DNA of 63,777 nt from an uncultured Maribacter sp. (lineage in GTDB: Bacteria > Bacteroidota > Bacteroidia > Flavobacteriales > Flavobacteriaceae). The notes under the pieces were generated by a model that worked only from the letters and a program-made list of their open reading frames with translations, was not told the origin of the DNA and made no database searches. The position numbers were made by a program, and so were the translations under genes. The DNA is taken from contig CAZEUV010000002.1 in the NCBI GenBank assembly GCA_964515285.1, forward strand, positions 6,507 through 70,283, given 5' to 3'. This document shows positions 1 through 9,374 of this stretch, one piece after another; within the stretch, counting starts at the first letter, position 1, and each line of letters begins with the position of its first letter.

Positions 1-98
1 TTACCTTTTTTGTGCTTGTATGGTTTTTTCTTCAAAAAGGGTTTAAGGTAAAGTTTAGGAGATTGTGATATTAGGTTAAACCAGTAAATTTTATTCCA

Positions 99-191
99 TG
101 TCAGGTCGAGCGCAGTCGAGACCTCCTTTAGAACCTATACCGTTCTCGTCTTTAGTTTATCTTGAGCGAAGCAGAAAGGCTCGACCTGACA
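99..191. repeat. REP-like palindromic intergenic element
   Basis: Perfect 13-bp inverted repeat tgtcaggtcgagc (99-111) / gctcgacctgaca (179-191); resembles Flavobacteriaceae GTCGAGCGCAGTCGAG-type repeats. Confidence 0.7.
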
Positions 192-295
192 GTTAACGTT
201 AAATGATGAATATAATATGTGCCTGTCTACTGACCTCTATCGTTTAATTCAATAGCTTTACAAAATCAGAAGTTTCAACGAGTTCGCAAAAAGGA

Positions 296-2941
296 ATGAT
301 GACATCCAAAACAAACCCGACTTCTAAAGAGGCGGAAAACAAAAAAAAGACCATTTGGCAAATTTTGATGGCCATTGCCATGATTGTGGTGCTTTTTTCA
401 GCGGCCTCTTTTTTAGAGAAGAACAAAGCACTTGCCTTGTTGGAAAACGAGGGCTACAATGCCTTTTATCAACAAATGCCAAGTGATTATATAGATTTCA
501 TCAATGAAAAACCATTGGATAGTATCGTTGACCGTAACGAAGCAAGAGCCAAAAAGAACAAGACTCTAAAATACAACGCCTATATTTTAGAGAACGGCTA
601 TGCGAGGGAGCTAGTGGTCATACGAAGAGTGCAAAATAACGATACCACGCAATTGAGGCCGATTAGTTTTAATATTTATCCAAAAAACAAAGCACTTTCC
701 ATTAAGGGAAAAACTTTTTTCAAATTGACCACAAATGCCATAACCTATCGCTATAAGAGTCACAATTATCGGGTGGCCAAACAGGTGCTGCCCAACATCG
801 GTATAATCAAGATCGAACCCTATTCCAAATATTGGAAGACCACGATCAGCTATATCGATGATGGTTTGCTGTCTATAGATGGGAAGGATAAGAGGTTAAA
901 GATGAACAAAAGAGAGTCCCTTTCCCTTGGGTTGAATAGAGAGGGCAGTATTTATGATTTTTTGTTCTCAAAACAACTGGAAGCTAAAGAAATCAGATTT
1001 CTTCCCCAATACCAACAACTTAAAAAACTCGATTTTTCAAAGACCTCTCCTGCATTTCAAGAGTATGTTAAGGAGCACGGACTACGATTGATGAAAATAC
1101 CTAACGACATCGTGTTTTGGCAAAAAATCTCTCAAGAAAAAAAAATGGGCGAACTGTATTTCTTTAATGCCGATTCGGTCAAAATCAATCAAAGGCTAAA
1201 AGAGTATTTCAATGGAGAACGTAAGTTTTACGACCTGTTCGACGAACAGAAACTTGCTTCTTATTATGCGCTTCTAAACCTGTATTCAAACAGAACCGAC
1301 AACGAACTCTACCTGCATTTCAATAAAAGCACCCAGTTGCTAGAACCCTTTGTTGTTGATAAAGAACTGGGCACACTGAACACTTATGTCAAAGATTTGA
1401 AACTGAAAGAAGCCGGTTTCTCAAAAAAGTATGCACAAGAATCAAGGGCATTGGCAACATTGAACGAGTTAAAAGAGTTGATCTACGACCATAAAGATGA
1501 AATACGAAAAAAACTAGAGATCCTACATAGCGTTTCGCCAACCCGCATTTTTGACGAAGCCTTATTTCACCATAATAAATTGATTATTGAAAAATCGTTA
1601 CGGCCTTCTTCAATGGCAAAGATCGCCCTAGTGTATTATGATGATGCCAAGATCGAGGTTTCGATAGAAAACCTCACTAATTTCCCATTGAAAGTTATTG
1701 AGCTATCCCATAAAGGGAAGAAACGTATTGTGAGTCCGAAAAACAGGGAGGCCATTCCTATTGGAAGTACTGAAACGATAGTTTTTGAGCTTCCTGCTAG
1801 TTTTAAAAATCTCTTTGTACACAAGAAGAAGAAAACCACGGGCTTTATTTTTGAGAAGGATATTTTTGATTTGAGTATAGGGTATCGTCCTTTGGGCACG
1901 ACTGCTGTTTTCTATGACAAAATTGCTCCCTTTAATAGTGATGATGTTTTGCAAGCAGGGCAAGACCTGCTTCGGAGTTCGTCTAACTTTGAGGAATTTC
2001 CTTTTCTATTGATGAGCGAACGCTATAAGACCATTTCGTTTAAAAGCGATTCCGTTGTTATTGACAAACCGTTGGTACTACCGGCGGGGTATCGACTTTT
2101 CGCAAAAGAAGGGCTGCACATCAATATTTTGGAAGAGGGAAAATTGATTTCAAGATCGGCATTGAACTTTGTAGGCTCTAAGAAGCATCCCGTTGTGATT
2201 TATTCTTCCGATAAAAAGGGACAGGGTGTTTTTGTGATGAAAGCAGAAAGAACATCCATCTTAAAAAATGTGGAGTTTCGTGATTTGGGCAATCCCGATC
2301 ACGGTTTATGGAGTATTTCAGGGGCGGTCACCTTTTACGAGAGCGATGTGAATTTAGATGGGGTCTTGATCGCTGACAATCGATGTGAAGATGGCCTTAA
2401 TATTATCAGGTCAGATTTCAATATGGTGAACACCACCTTTTTAAACACCCAATCAGATGCCTTTGATGGTGATTTTGTTACAGGAAAACTCACCAATTGT
2501 ACCTTTGAGAACCTTGGCAATGACGCTATTGACGTATCGGGTTCTTCTTTGCACCTTTCTAGGGTAAAGATCAACAATGCCGGTGATAAGGGAATAAGCG
2601 TGGGGGAAAACAGCAAGGTATTTGCCGATAATATTGAAATAAAAAGTAGTGAGATTGCCATTGCAGGTAAAGACTTATCGACCTTTAACGGAAACCGTAT
2701 TGATATCTTAGATTGTAAACTTGCTTTCACCGCCTTCAAGAAAAAACCCGAATTTGGCCCTTCGAAGATTACCGCCAAGAATGTGATGTTAAAAAATACT
2801 CAGACCCAACATTTGATTGAGAATGGATCTTCCCTTATATTGAATGGCGTGGAAAGTAAAACCGTAGCAGCCGTAAAAGATAAGATGTACGGCGTTGAGT
2901 TTGGGGTCGATAGTAAGGAGACAAGGATAATAGAACAGTAA
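296..2941 (+). CDS. Membrane-anchored protein: degenerate CotH-like segment plus C-terminal right-handed parallel beta-helix
   Basis: N-terminal TM (IWQILMAIAMIVVLFSAASFL); central segment aligns with the CotH paralog at 4348; C-terminal SDAFDGD/NDAIDVSG/GDKGISVGE beta-helix repeats. Confidence 0.75.
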   Translation: MMTSKTNPTSKEAENKKKTIWQILMAIAMIVVLFSAASFLEKNKALALLENEGYNAFYQQMPSDYIDFINEKPLDSIVDRNEARAKKNKTLKYNAYILENGYARELVVIRRVQNNDTTQLRPISFNIYPKNKALSIKGKTFFKLTTNAITYRYKSHNYRVAKQVLPNIGIIKIEPYSKYWKTTISYIDDGLLSIDGKDKRLKMNKRESLSLGLNREGSIYDFLFSKQLEAKEIRFLPQYQQLKKLDFSKTSPAFQEYVKEHGLRLMKIPNDIVFWQKISQEKKMGELYFFNADSVKINQRLKEYFNGERKFYDLFDEQKLASYYALLNLYSNRTDNELYLHFNKSTQLLEPFVVDKELGTLNTYVKDLKLKEAGFSKKYAQESRALATLNELKELIYDHKDEIRKKLEILHSVSPTRIFDEALFHHNKLIIEKSLRPSSMAKIALVYYDDAKIEVSIENLTNFPLKVIELSHKGKKRIVSPKNREAIPIGSTETIVFELPASFKNLFVHKKKKTTGFIFEKDIFDLSIGYRPLGTTAVFYDKIAPFNSDDVLQAGQDLLRSSSNFEEFPFLLMSERYKTISFKSDSVVIDKPLVLPAGYRLFAKEGLHINILEEGKLISRSALNFVGSKKHPVVIYSSDKKGQGVFVMKAERTSILKNVEFRDLGNPDHGLWSISGAVTFYESDVNLDGVLIADNRCEDGLNIIRSDFNMVNTTFLNTQSDAFDGDFVTGKLTNCTFENLGNDAIDVSGSSLHLSRVKINNAGDKGISVGENSKVFADNIEIKSSEIAIAGKDLSTFNGNRIDILDCKLAFTAFKKKPEFGPSKITAKNVMLKNTQTQHLIENGSSLILNGVESKTVAAVKDKMYGVEFGVDSKETRIIEQ

Positions 2942-2942
2942 A

Positions 2943-3662
2943 ATGCAGAGTAGTCCAATAGATAGTTTAACGATAGCGAACAACTTCAGGTACGAACGAA
3001 AATTTCAGGTACTCACAAATGTTTCGGTAAAGGAACTGGTCGCTATAACCAAGAGCAATTCGGCCTTTTTTAAAGAGGTTTTCCACGAAAGGCAAATCAA
3101 TAATATCTATCTAGATACCGATGAGTATAAATTTTATTTTGATAATGTTGATGGTGTTGCCGATCGTCAAAAAGCACGCATTCGATGGTATGGCAATACC
3201 TTGGGCGAGCACAAAAAGCCCAAGCTTGAAATAAAGTTGAAAAAAGGTCTCGTAGGTGATAAGTGGACGTTTAAACTAGATCCATTTATATTTGACAACA
3301 GCTTTGACGCAAAGGCCCTAAAGCGTATTTTTTCATCATCGGGGCTGCCGAAACCCATTTATGAAATGGTGGTGGGTTTGCAGCCTACGCTGGTCAATTC
3401 GTATTCAAGACGCTATTTTTTATCGGCAGACCAGAAATTTAGAATAACTTTGGACTACAATATCAAATACAGGAACATCAAAAAAAACAGAAACAATTTT
3501 GACCAACGTCCGCAGCAAGAGACCACTAATGTGGTCGAACTGAAATATAGCCTACACGATGATCAAAGGGCACAGGCTATTTCAAAAGAGTTTCCGTTTC
3601 GATTGAGTAAAAATTCTAAATATGTAAACGGGGTGAACAATTTTATGTCTTTCCCAGAATGA
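2943..3662 (+). CDS. VTC (polyphosphate polymerase/CYTH-like) domain protein
   Basis: RYERKF, NIYLDT, KARIRWYG, LEIKLK, RITLD, VELKY, SKYV motifs of the VTC tunnel fold. Confidence 0.9.
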   Translation: MQSSPIDSLTIANNFRYERKFQVLTNVSVKELVAITKSNSAFFKEVFHERQINNIYLDTDEYKFYFDNVDGVADRQKARIRWYGNTLGEHKKPKLEIKLKKGLVGDKWTFKLDPFIFDNSFDAKALKRIFSSSGLPKPIYEMVVGLQPTLVNSYSRRYFLSADQKFRITLDYNIKYRNIKKNRNNFDQRPQQETTNVVELKYSLHDDQRAQAISKEFPFRLSKNSKYVNGVNNFMSFPE

Positions 3663-3672
3663 ACCAACCACT

Positions 3673-4338
3673 ATGAACGAACTGAACGACCTATTTTCGC
3701 AATTCGGCACTGAAGATGTCTCCATAATCGATTTTATCATCAATATTTTGCTGACCGTATTCACGGCCTACTTATTAAGTCTGGTCTATTCAAAATTTGG
3801 GGGATCCCTATCAAATAGGAACAAATTGGCCCAAACGTTAATTTTGTTGAGTATGACCACGATGATTATCATTACCATTGTAAAATCTTCTTTGGCACTT
3901 TCATTAGGTCTTGTTGGCGCATTATCAATTGTTCGATTCAGAACGGCGGTGAAAGAACCTGAAGAGCTGGCGTATTTCTTTATTGCCATTTCTATTGGCC
4001 TTGGTTTTGGTGCTGATCAAAAGGTGATTGTTTTGGTAGGTGTTGCCTTCGTTTTGCTTTTCATCATATTGACGGGCAAAATGAACAGAAAAAACAACGC
4101 CCAACAGAATTTGGTCTTAACGATTTCGGGCACTGACAAACGAGTTGATGAGACCTTAGTCTTAGAGACCCTCAAAGCGTATTGTTCTAAGGTTGATCTA
4201 AAGCGTATAGATGAGTCGAATAACCTATCGGAAATTGCCCTCAACGTACAGTTCAATAGTTTAGAAGATCTGATAAAATCAAAAGACGCCTTGTCAAAAC
4301 TGGGCAATATAGATTTTAGTTTTATCGAACGACATTAA
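3673..4338 (+). CDS. DUF4956 membrane protein
   Basis: SLALSLGLVGALSIVRFRTAVKEPEEL signature, several TM helices, soluble C-terminal domain. Confidence 0.9.
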   Translation: MNELNDLFSQFGTEDVSIIDFIINILLTVFTAYLLSLVYSKFGGSLSNRNKLAQTLILLSMTTMIIITIVKSSLALSLGLVGALSIVRFRTAVKEPEELAYFFIAISIGLGFGADQKVIVLVGVAFVLLFIILTGKMNRKNNAQQNLVLTISGTDKRVDETLVLETLKAYCSKVDLKRIDESNNLSEIALNVQFNSLEDLIKSKDALSKLGNIDFSFIERH

Positions 4339-4347
4339 ACGGATACT

Positions 4348-5649
4348 GTGCAACTAAAAAAATCGAACACTCGCTTTTTATTTTGGATGCTTCCCTGCGT
4401 GATGATCGTGCTGCTATTATTGGCATCTTCCAAGAAGTCTAAAAAGAAGGCAGTTGAAATACCAGCCATCGTTCAAAAGACCGATTTCGAGTCCTTGCAA
4501 ATTCTGTTTAAGGAGAAGCGATTCAATAAGATAAAAGCAAAGCGCGATGAGGCCTTGACCATAGGCGTGCTACAGACCGAGGATAATGATCTTGTGCCGG
4601 CCGTTATCAACTATAATGGTGAGGCGTATAAGGCAGATGTACGCCTAAAAGGAGATTGGACCGATCATTTAGAAGGAGATAAATGGAGCTTTAGAATCAA
4701 ATTAAAGAACGACCGAACCATTCTGGGGATGCGCAAGTTTTCGATTCATCACCCTGGTACTAGGGGCTATCTGAACGAATGGCTCTACCATAAGGCCGTA
4801 AAAGATGAGGGTATTATGGCACTGCGGTACGGCTTTTTGGAAGGATTTCTGCATGTTGATTTAAAAGAATTAGATACCGTACTGACCAAAGAGGTCGGGC
4901 TTTATGCCATTGAAGAAACCTTTGACAAACGTTTGATCGAAAGCAATCAGCGCAAGGCAGGCGTAATCTTTAAGCTTACCGAAGACGATATGTGGAAGGA
5001 AAGTGCCAAAACACATGAATTGGCTAAATCAACAGGTACTTCAACGTTAGGCAAGTACAACCCAAGGTACGGTAAGGAGAACAAGATGATCATTACGGCC
5101 TATGGCCTAAAAGGTATTTTTGAAGACGAAGCCTTGAATAAGCAATTTATATTGGCGAAGAACCTATTGAATAGTTACAAGAACGGCCAATTACCCATAT
5201 CGCAGGTCTTTGATGTGGAGGTTACTGCAAAATTTACTGCTCTGGCCAATTTATTTGGAGGGGTACACGGTTTAACGCCCCATAATCTAAGATTCTTTTA
5301 CAACCCGATCACCTCAATTATAGAACCCATTGCCTTTGATAATAATTCAGGGGTTTTGTTACCGGAATTTCGGCATTATTGGAAATCGAGTAACGACCTG
5401 GTTTTTATTCAGGCTTTGATCAAGGCTTTAGAAGAGGTAAGCGCCCCTGAGTATTTAGAGAAATTGACCAATAAGTACCAAGTTGAATTAGATAGCCTAA
5501 CATCTGGTTTAGCGAAAGAGTTTAACGGCAAGCCTATACTCTCAATTGATATTTTAGAGAAGAATCAAGCGATTTTGAGGGCAACTTTAAAAGATTTGAA
5601 GAATACTGTTGGTAAAAAGGGAAGGAAATCACGCTTTACTAATAGATGA
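4348..5649 (+). CDS. CotH-family kinase, N-terminal membrane anchor
   Basis: VRLKGDWTDH, KWSFRIK, GLYAIEE, HNLRFFYNP, EPIAFD motifs; GTG start. Confidence 0.85.
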   Translation: MQLKKSNTRFLFWMLPCVMIVLLLLASSKKSKKKAVEIPAIVQKTDFESLQILFKEKRFNKIKAKRDEALTIGVLQTEDNDLVPAVINYNGEAYKADVRLKGDWTDHLEGDKWSFRIKLKNDRTILGMRKFSIHHPGTRGYLNEWLYHKAVKDEGIMALRYGFLEGFLHVDLKELDTVLTKEVGLYAIEETFDKRLIESNQRKAGVIFKLTEDDMWKESAKTHELAKSTGTSTLGKYNPRYGKENKMIITAYGLKGIFEDEALNKQFILAKNLLNSYKNGQLPISQVFDVEVTAKFTALANLFGGVHGLTPHNLRFFYNPITSIIEPIAFDNNSGVLLPEFRHYWKSSNDLVFIQALIKALEEVSAPEYLEKLTNKYQVELDSLTSGLAKEFNGKPILSIDILEKNQAILRATLKDLKNTVGKKGRKSRFTNR

Positions 5650-5693
5650 TTTTTTCTAATGCCTAGTTGCTCCGCTCCAATAGTGTTTTATTC

Positions 5694-5860
5694 GACCATT
5701 GCGAGAAGCAAAGCATATAGTTGAATTTGACGAGAACTTAAAGCGACGAAGTAAGCTTTTGAATTAGGGTTACAATGTCACAGACCGCTTCGTTTTTTCA
5801 AGAAGCAATGATTATTAAACTAGTCTATAATCAACAGCTCGCTTCGTTTCTCGCGAAGAC
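5694..5860. repeat. Degenerate REP-like inverted-repeat element
   Basis: Imperfect inverted repeat gcgagaagcaaagc (5701-5714) / gcttcgtttctcgc (5841-5854) with inner acgaagt/gcttcgt arms, between convergent genes. Confidence 0.45.
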
Positions 5861-5897
5861 GTATTTAATCAACTACATCCTAAGCTTGTAAGCCCCC

Positions 5898-7046
5898 CTA
5901 AAGAAAAGCAGCAGTAGTCTCGCCAATATCGTTATATACCAAAGAATCGTTCATTTTTAGATAAAAGCAGCGATCTGTTTTGTTCCATTGAGGGAATTGT
6001 ATGCCATGTTTGGCCGCTTTTTCGGTGACCGCTATTGGATCAACACCAGCTGATAAAGTCATTTTGAAAATGTTGCTTCCATTTTCTAAGGCCTTGATCT
6101 GATACTTCTCGCTTTTTTCCATAAGGGTTTTAAATGCCTCGAATTGGCTTATGGCTTTTTGGTAGCGTTGCTTATAGTTGTCAAAAAAGTAATCGGCAAT
6201 CAATATATGGGGCCATGATGAGGGGATGCCTCCCCCAAACATTCTGCGTTCATTGTGGAGTCCGTTTATAAGGGTTTTATCTCCTGCCAGTATAGCACCT
6301 GAGATGGTATTGAACGATTTGTACAAACTGAGGTATACCGTATCAAAAAGCGTTGTATAATCGGTTATGTTTTTTCCTGAAAAGGCAGCGTCAATATATA
6401 AACGGGCACCATCTAAATGTGTAGGTATCTGATTTTCACGGGCGATGGCTACTATTTTTTCGATATTCTCAAAGGGTATACGCTGCAAATGCTTTCGTCT
6501 TAAGGGGGTTTCCAATGCGAGCACACCAATGGGCGTTTTTACTTTTCCTTGGTCACTATCGTTTAAAATAGCGATGAGTTCATCAGCATCGAACCCCACG
6601 GGATCCTTTCTTAAAGTAATCAAATTAATACCACTCAAAGTGGTGGCACAATCCCCTGAATCTCTATTAATATGGGAATCGTATTGAACAATCGCTCTTT
6701 TGTTCATGGCACAATGTCTACGTAAGGCGATATGATTGGCCAAGGTACCTGTGGGCATAAAGATGGCTTTTTCTTTTCCTAAAGATCTTGCCACTTTCTC
6801 TTCGAACTGGTGAATAAAACCTCCAAGTCCGTATGAATCGGGTTCAAAATCGTTTTCCTTAACGAGTTGCTCTAGCAGGGCAGTGTATAGTGATGGCATA
6901 AGATTTAAGCCATCTCTTGTAAAATTCACGGGCAGGTGTTTTTTCAATAGTTCTTCTGGAGAAGTCGATTTGGTTGGTGCTATTATTGGGACAAAGGGTA
7001 AAGCCGCTACTGAAGCGGTATTTGCAAGGAAATTTCTACGTTTCAT
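5898..7046 (-). CDS. PLP-dependent threonine aldolase-family (beta-eliminating lyase) protein with twin-arginine signal
   Basis: FMPTGTLAN, HLDGARL, SLYK (PLP lysine); likely start MKRRNFL at 7046. Confidence 0.8.
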   Translation of the reverse strand: MKRRNFLANTASVAALPFVPIIAPTKSTSPEELLKKHLPVNFTRDGLNLMPSLYTALLEQLVKENDFEPDSYGLGGFIHQFEEKVARSLGKEKAIFMPTGTLANHIALRRHCAMNKRAIVQYDSHINRDSGDCATTLSGINLITLRKDPVGFDADELIAILNDSDQGKVKTPIGVLALETPLRRKHLQRIPFENIEKIVAIARENQIPTHLDGARLYIDAAFSGKNITDYTTLFDTVYLSLYKSFNTISGAILAGDKTLINGLHNERRMFGGGIPSSWPHILIADYFFDNYKQRYQKAISQFEAFKTLMEKSEKYQIKALENGSNIFKMTLSAGVDPIAVTEKAAKHGIQFPQWNKTDRCFYLKMNDSLVYNDIGETTAAFL

Positions 7047-7228
7047 AGTTCTATGGTATAAAGAATAGGAATTCTTATTAATGAGCATCTAAATTTCGTA
7101 AAAATTTATCAATTCAGGTTCTATCTGTAGAAAGCAGGTCTCATCACTTTGAAAATCTTAGGTTATGGCAATCAAACATTTCAAAAAACCTTATCAAAAC
7201 AGACATGTTTCAAGAAATTTTTTATTCG

Positions 7229-7236
7229 TAATTTTG
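7229..7236 (+). promoter_or_regulatory. Bacteroidota housekeeping -7 promoter element
   Basis: TAATTTTG 17 nt upstream of ATG 7254. Confidence 0.65.
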
Positions 7237-7253
7237 CCCGAAATCCATGGGTG

Positions 7254-9374
7254 ATGAAACAGATTATACAAGACCTTAAAAACGGAGAAACCATTTTAGA
7301 AGAAGTACCCGTACCCATGGTAAAATCGGGTCACGTACTCATCAAAACATCAAGAACCCTCGTTTCATTGGGTACCGAAAGAATGCTGGTGGAGTTCGGC
7401 AAGGCCAATTTTATCTCAAAGGCCCGTCAACAGCCCGACAAGGTGAAAATGGTGTTGAACAAGGTAAAGACCGATGGTCTAAAACCAACTATGGATGCCG
7501 TTTTCAACAAGCTCAACCAACCTTTGCCCCTGGGGTATTGCAATGTGGGCGATGTGGTTGGTGTTGGCCGAGGTGTTACTGAATTTCAGGTCGGTGACCG
7601 TGTGGCTTCCAACGGTAATCATGCTGAATATGTAAACCTTCCTAAGAACTTGGTGGCCAAAATACCCGATAATGTAACTGATGAAGAAGCGGCTTTTACG
7701 GTCATAGGATCTATAGGGTTACAAGGCATACGCCTATTAAACCCTACATTTGGCGAGACAATGGTCGTTGTGGGCTTGGGTCTTATAGGCCTCGTTACGG
7801 CAGAATTGTTATTGGCCAATGGCTGTAATGTAATCGGGTTTGATTTTGATGCAGAAAAAGTACGTATTGCCAATGAAAAAGGCATTGTAGGCATCAACCC
7901 AGCGGAAGGCACCGATCAGGTAAAGTTTGTGGAATCTTATACAAACGGCATTGGGGCAGATGGTGTAATCATTACGGCATCAAATAAGAGTGACGAAATC
8001 ATCGCCCAATCGGCGCAGATGTGCAGAAAACGTGGGCGTGTGATTTTAGTGGGCGTAATCGGCTTGAACATCAGCAGGGCCGATTTTTATGAAAAGGAAA
8101 TCTCTTTTCAAGTATCCTGTTCGTATGGTCCTGGTAGGTATGACGAGGAGTATGAAGACAAAGGAAACGATTATCCTATTGGCTATGTTCGTTGGACGGA
8201 GAAACGAAACTTTGAAGCTGTTTTGAACGCCATCTCCAAAGGTACTTTGGATGTAAAACCTTTGATTACAGAGCGCATTCCCCTAAAGGAATATCAAAAG
8301 ATCTATGGTGATATGGGAAGCTCCAAGTCCATCGCCTCTATTCTTGAGTATGATAGTACGGAAGCACCTATAAGTACGGTAAACATTGTCAATAAGTCAT
8401 TTGAAGAAAAAAAAGGGGTATTGGGCATTGTGGGAGCAGGAAATTTTACCAGTTCTACCATACTTCCCAACCTTAAAAAGCTAAATGCCGATATAAAATA
8501 CATTGCGAGTTCTGGGGGTCTATCTTCAACGATAATGGCCAAGCGCCACGCCATTGGCAATTCCACCTCAAACTACAAAGAGATTTTGGCCGATGCTGAT
8601 GTAGACTTGGTTTTAATAACTACCCAACACAATATGCATGCTTCAATGGTTTTGGAGACTTTGCAGGCTGGCAAAAGTGTCTTTGTAGAAAAACCCCTAG
8701 CATTAACTGACGTTGAACTTGAGGGGATCATCGCTGAATACAACAATCAAAATGTCAGTGTCAGTGTTGGTTTTAATAGACGTTTCGCACCTTTGGCCAA
8801 AAAGATGAAGAAATTATTGGGTAATGATAATAGTCCGATAAACATAGTGGCCACGATGAATGCTGGTTTTATTCCAGCCGATGTTTGGGTACATGATATG
8901 GAAGTTGGAGGCGGCCGAATCATAGGTGAAGCCTGTCACTATATAGATTTGTGCACCTATTTTACTGGCAGTAGGGTTAAAGCAGTTTGTATGAACGCCA
9001 TGGGCATCAATCCTGAGGAGAATACCGATAATGCGAGCATATTGTTGCAGTATGAAAACGGTTCGAATGCGGTTATCAACTATTTTGCGAATGGCAGCAA
9101 GGCATATTCCAAAGAACGTGTTGAAGTCTATTCGCAAGAACGCACCTTGGTGATGGATAACTGGCGAAAATTAAAGGCATACGGTTTTAGGGGTGGTGGC
9201 AACGCCTCATCGAAACAAGATAAAGGGCATTTCAACCAGTTTCAAGCACTGATTGAGCAACAGAAGCAGGGTGGAAAATCGATTATTCCCTTTGATGAGA
9301 TCGTGAATACCACCAAAGCTTCGTTTGCAGCCATTGAATCGTTAAAACTGGGCAAATGGATTCAAGTAAACTAA
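7254..9374 (+). CDS. Bi-domain oxidoreductase (Zn-ADH/MDR-like + Gfo/Idh/MocA)
   Basis: GLGLIG and GAGNF Rossmann motifs, VEKPLA, GFNRRF; start reassigned to MKQIIQ. Confidence 0.9.
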   Translation: MKQIIQDLKNGETILEEVPVPMVKSGHVLIKTSRTLVSLGTERMLVEFGKANFISKARQQPDKVKMVLNKVKTDGLKPTMDAVFNKLNQPLPLGYCNVGDVVGVGRGVTEFQVGDRVASNGNHAEYVNLPKNLVAKIPDNVTDEEAAFTVIGSIGLQGIRLLNPTFGETMVVVGLGLIGLVTAELLLANGCNVIGFDFDAEKVRIANEKGIVGINPAEGTDQVKFVESYTNGIGADGVIITASNKSDEIIAQSAQMCRKRGRVILVGVIGLNISRADFYEKEISFQVSCSYGPGRYDEEYEDKGNDYPIGYVRWTEKRNFEAVLNAISKGTLDVKPLITERIPLKEYQKIYGDMGSSKSIASILEYDSTEAPISTVNIVNKSFEEKKGVLGIVGAGNFTSSTILPNLKKLNADIKYIASSGGLSSTIMAKRHAIGNSTSNYKEILADADVDLVLITTQHNMHASMVLETLQAGKSVFVEKPLALTDVELEGIIAEYNNQNVSVSVGFNRRFAPLAKKMKKLLGNDNSPINIVATMNAGFIPADVWVHDMEVGGGRIIGEACHYIDLCTYFTGSRVKAVCMNAMGINPEENTDNASILLQYENGSNAVINYFANGSKAYSKERVEVYSQERTLVMDNWRKLKAYGFRGGGNASSKQDKGHFNQFQALIEQQKQGGKSIIPFDEIVNTTKASFAAIESLKLGKWIQVN

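Noticed and set aside
1-51. Possible 3' end of an upstream gene (LPFLCLYGFFFKKGLR*)
   Set aside because: Too short to support or assign
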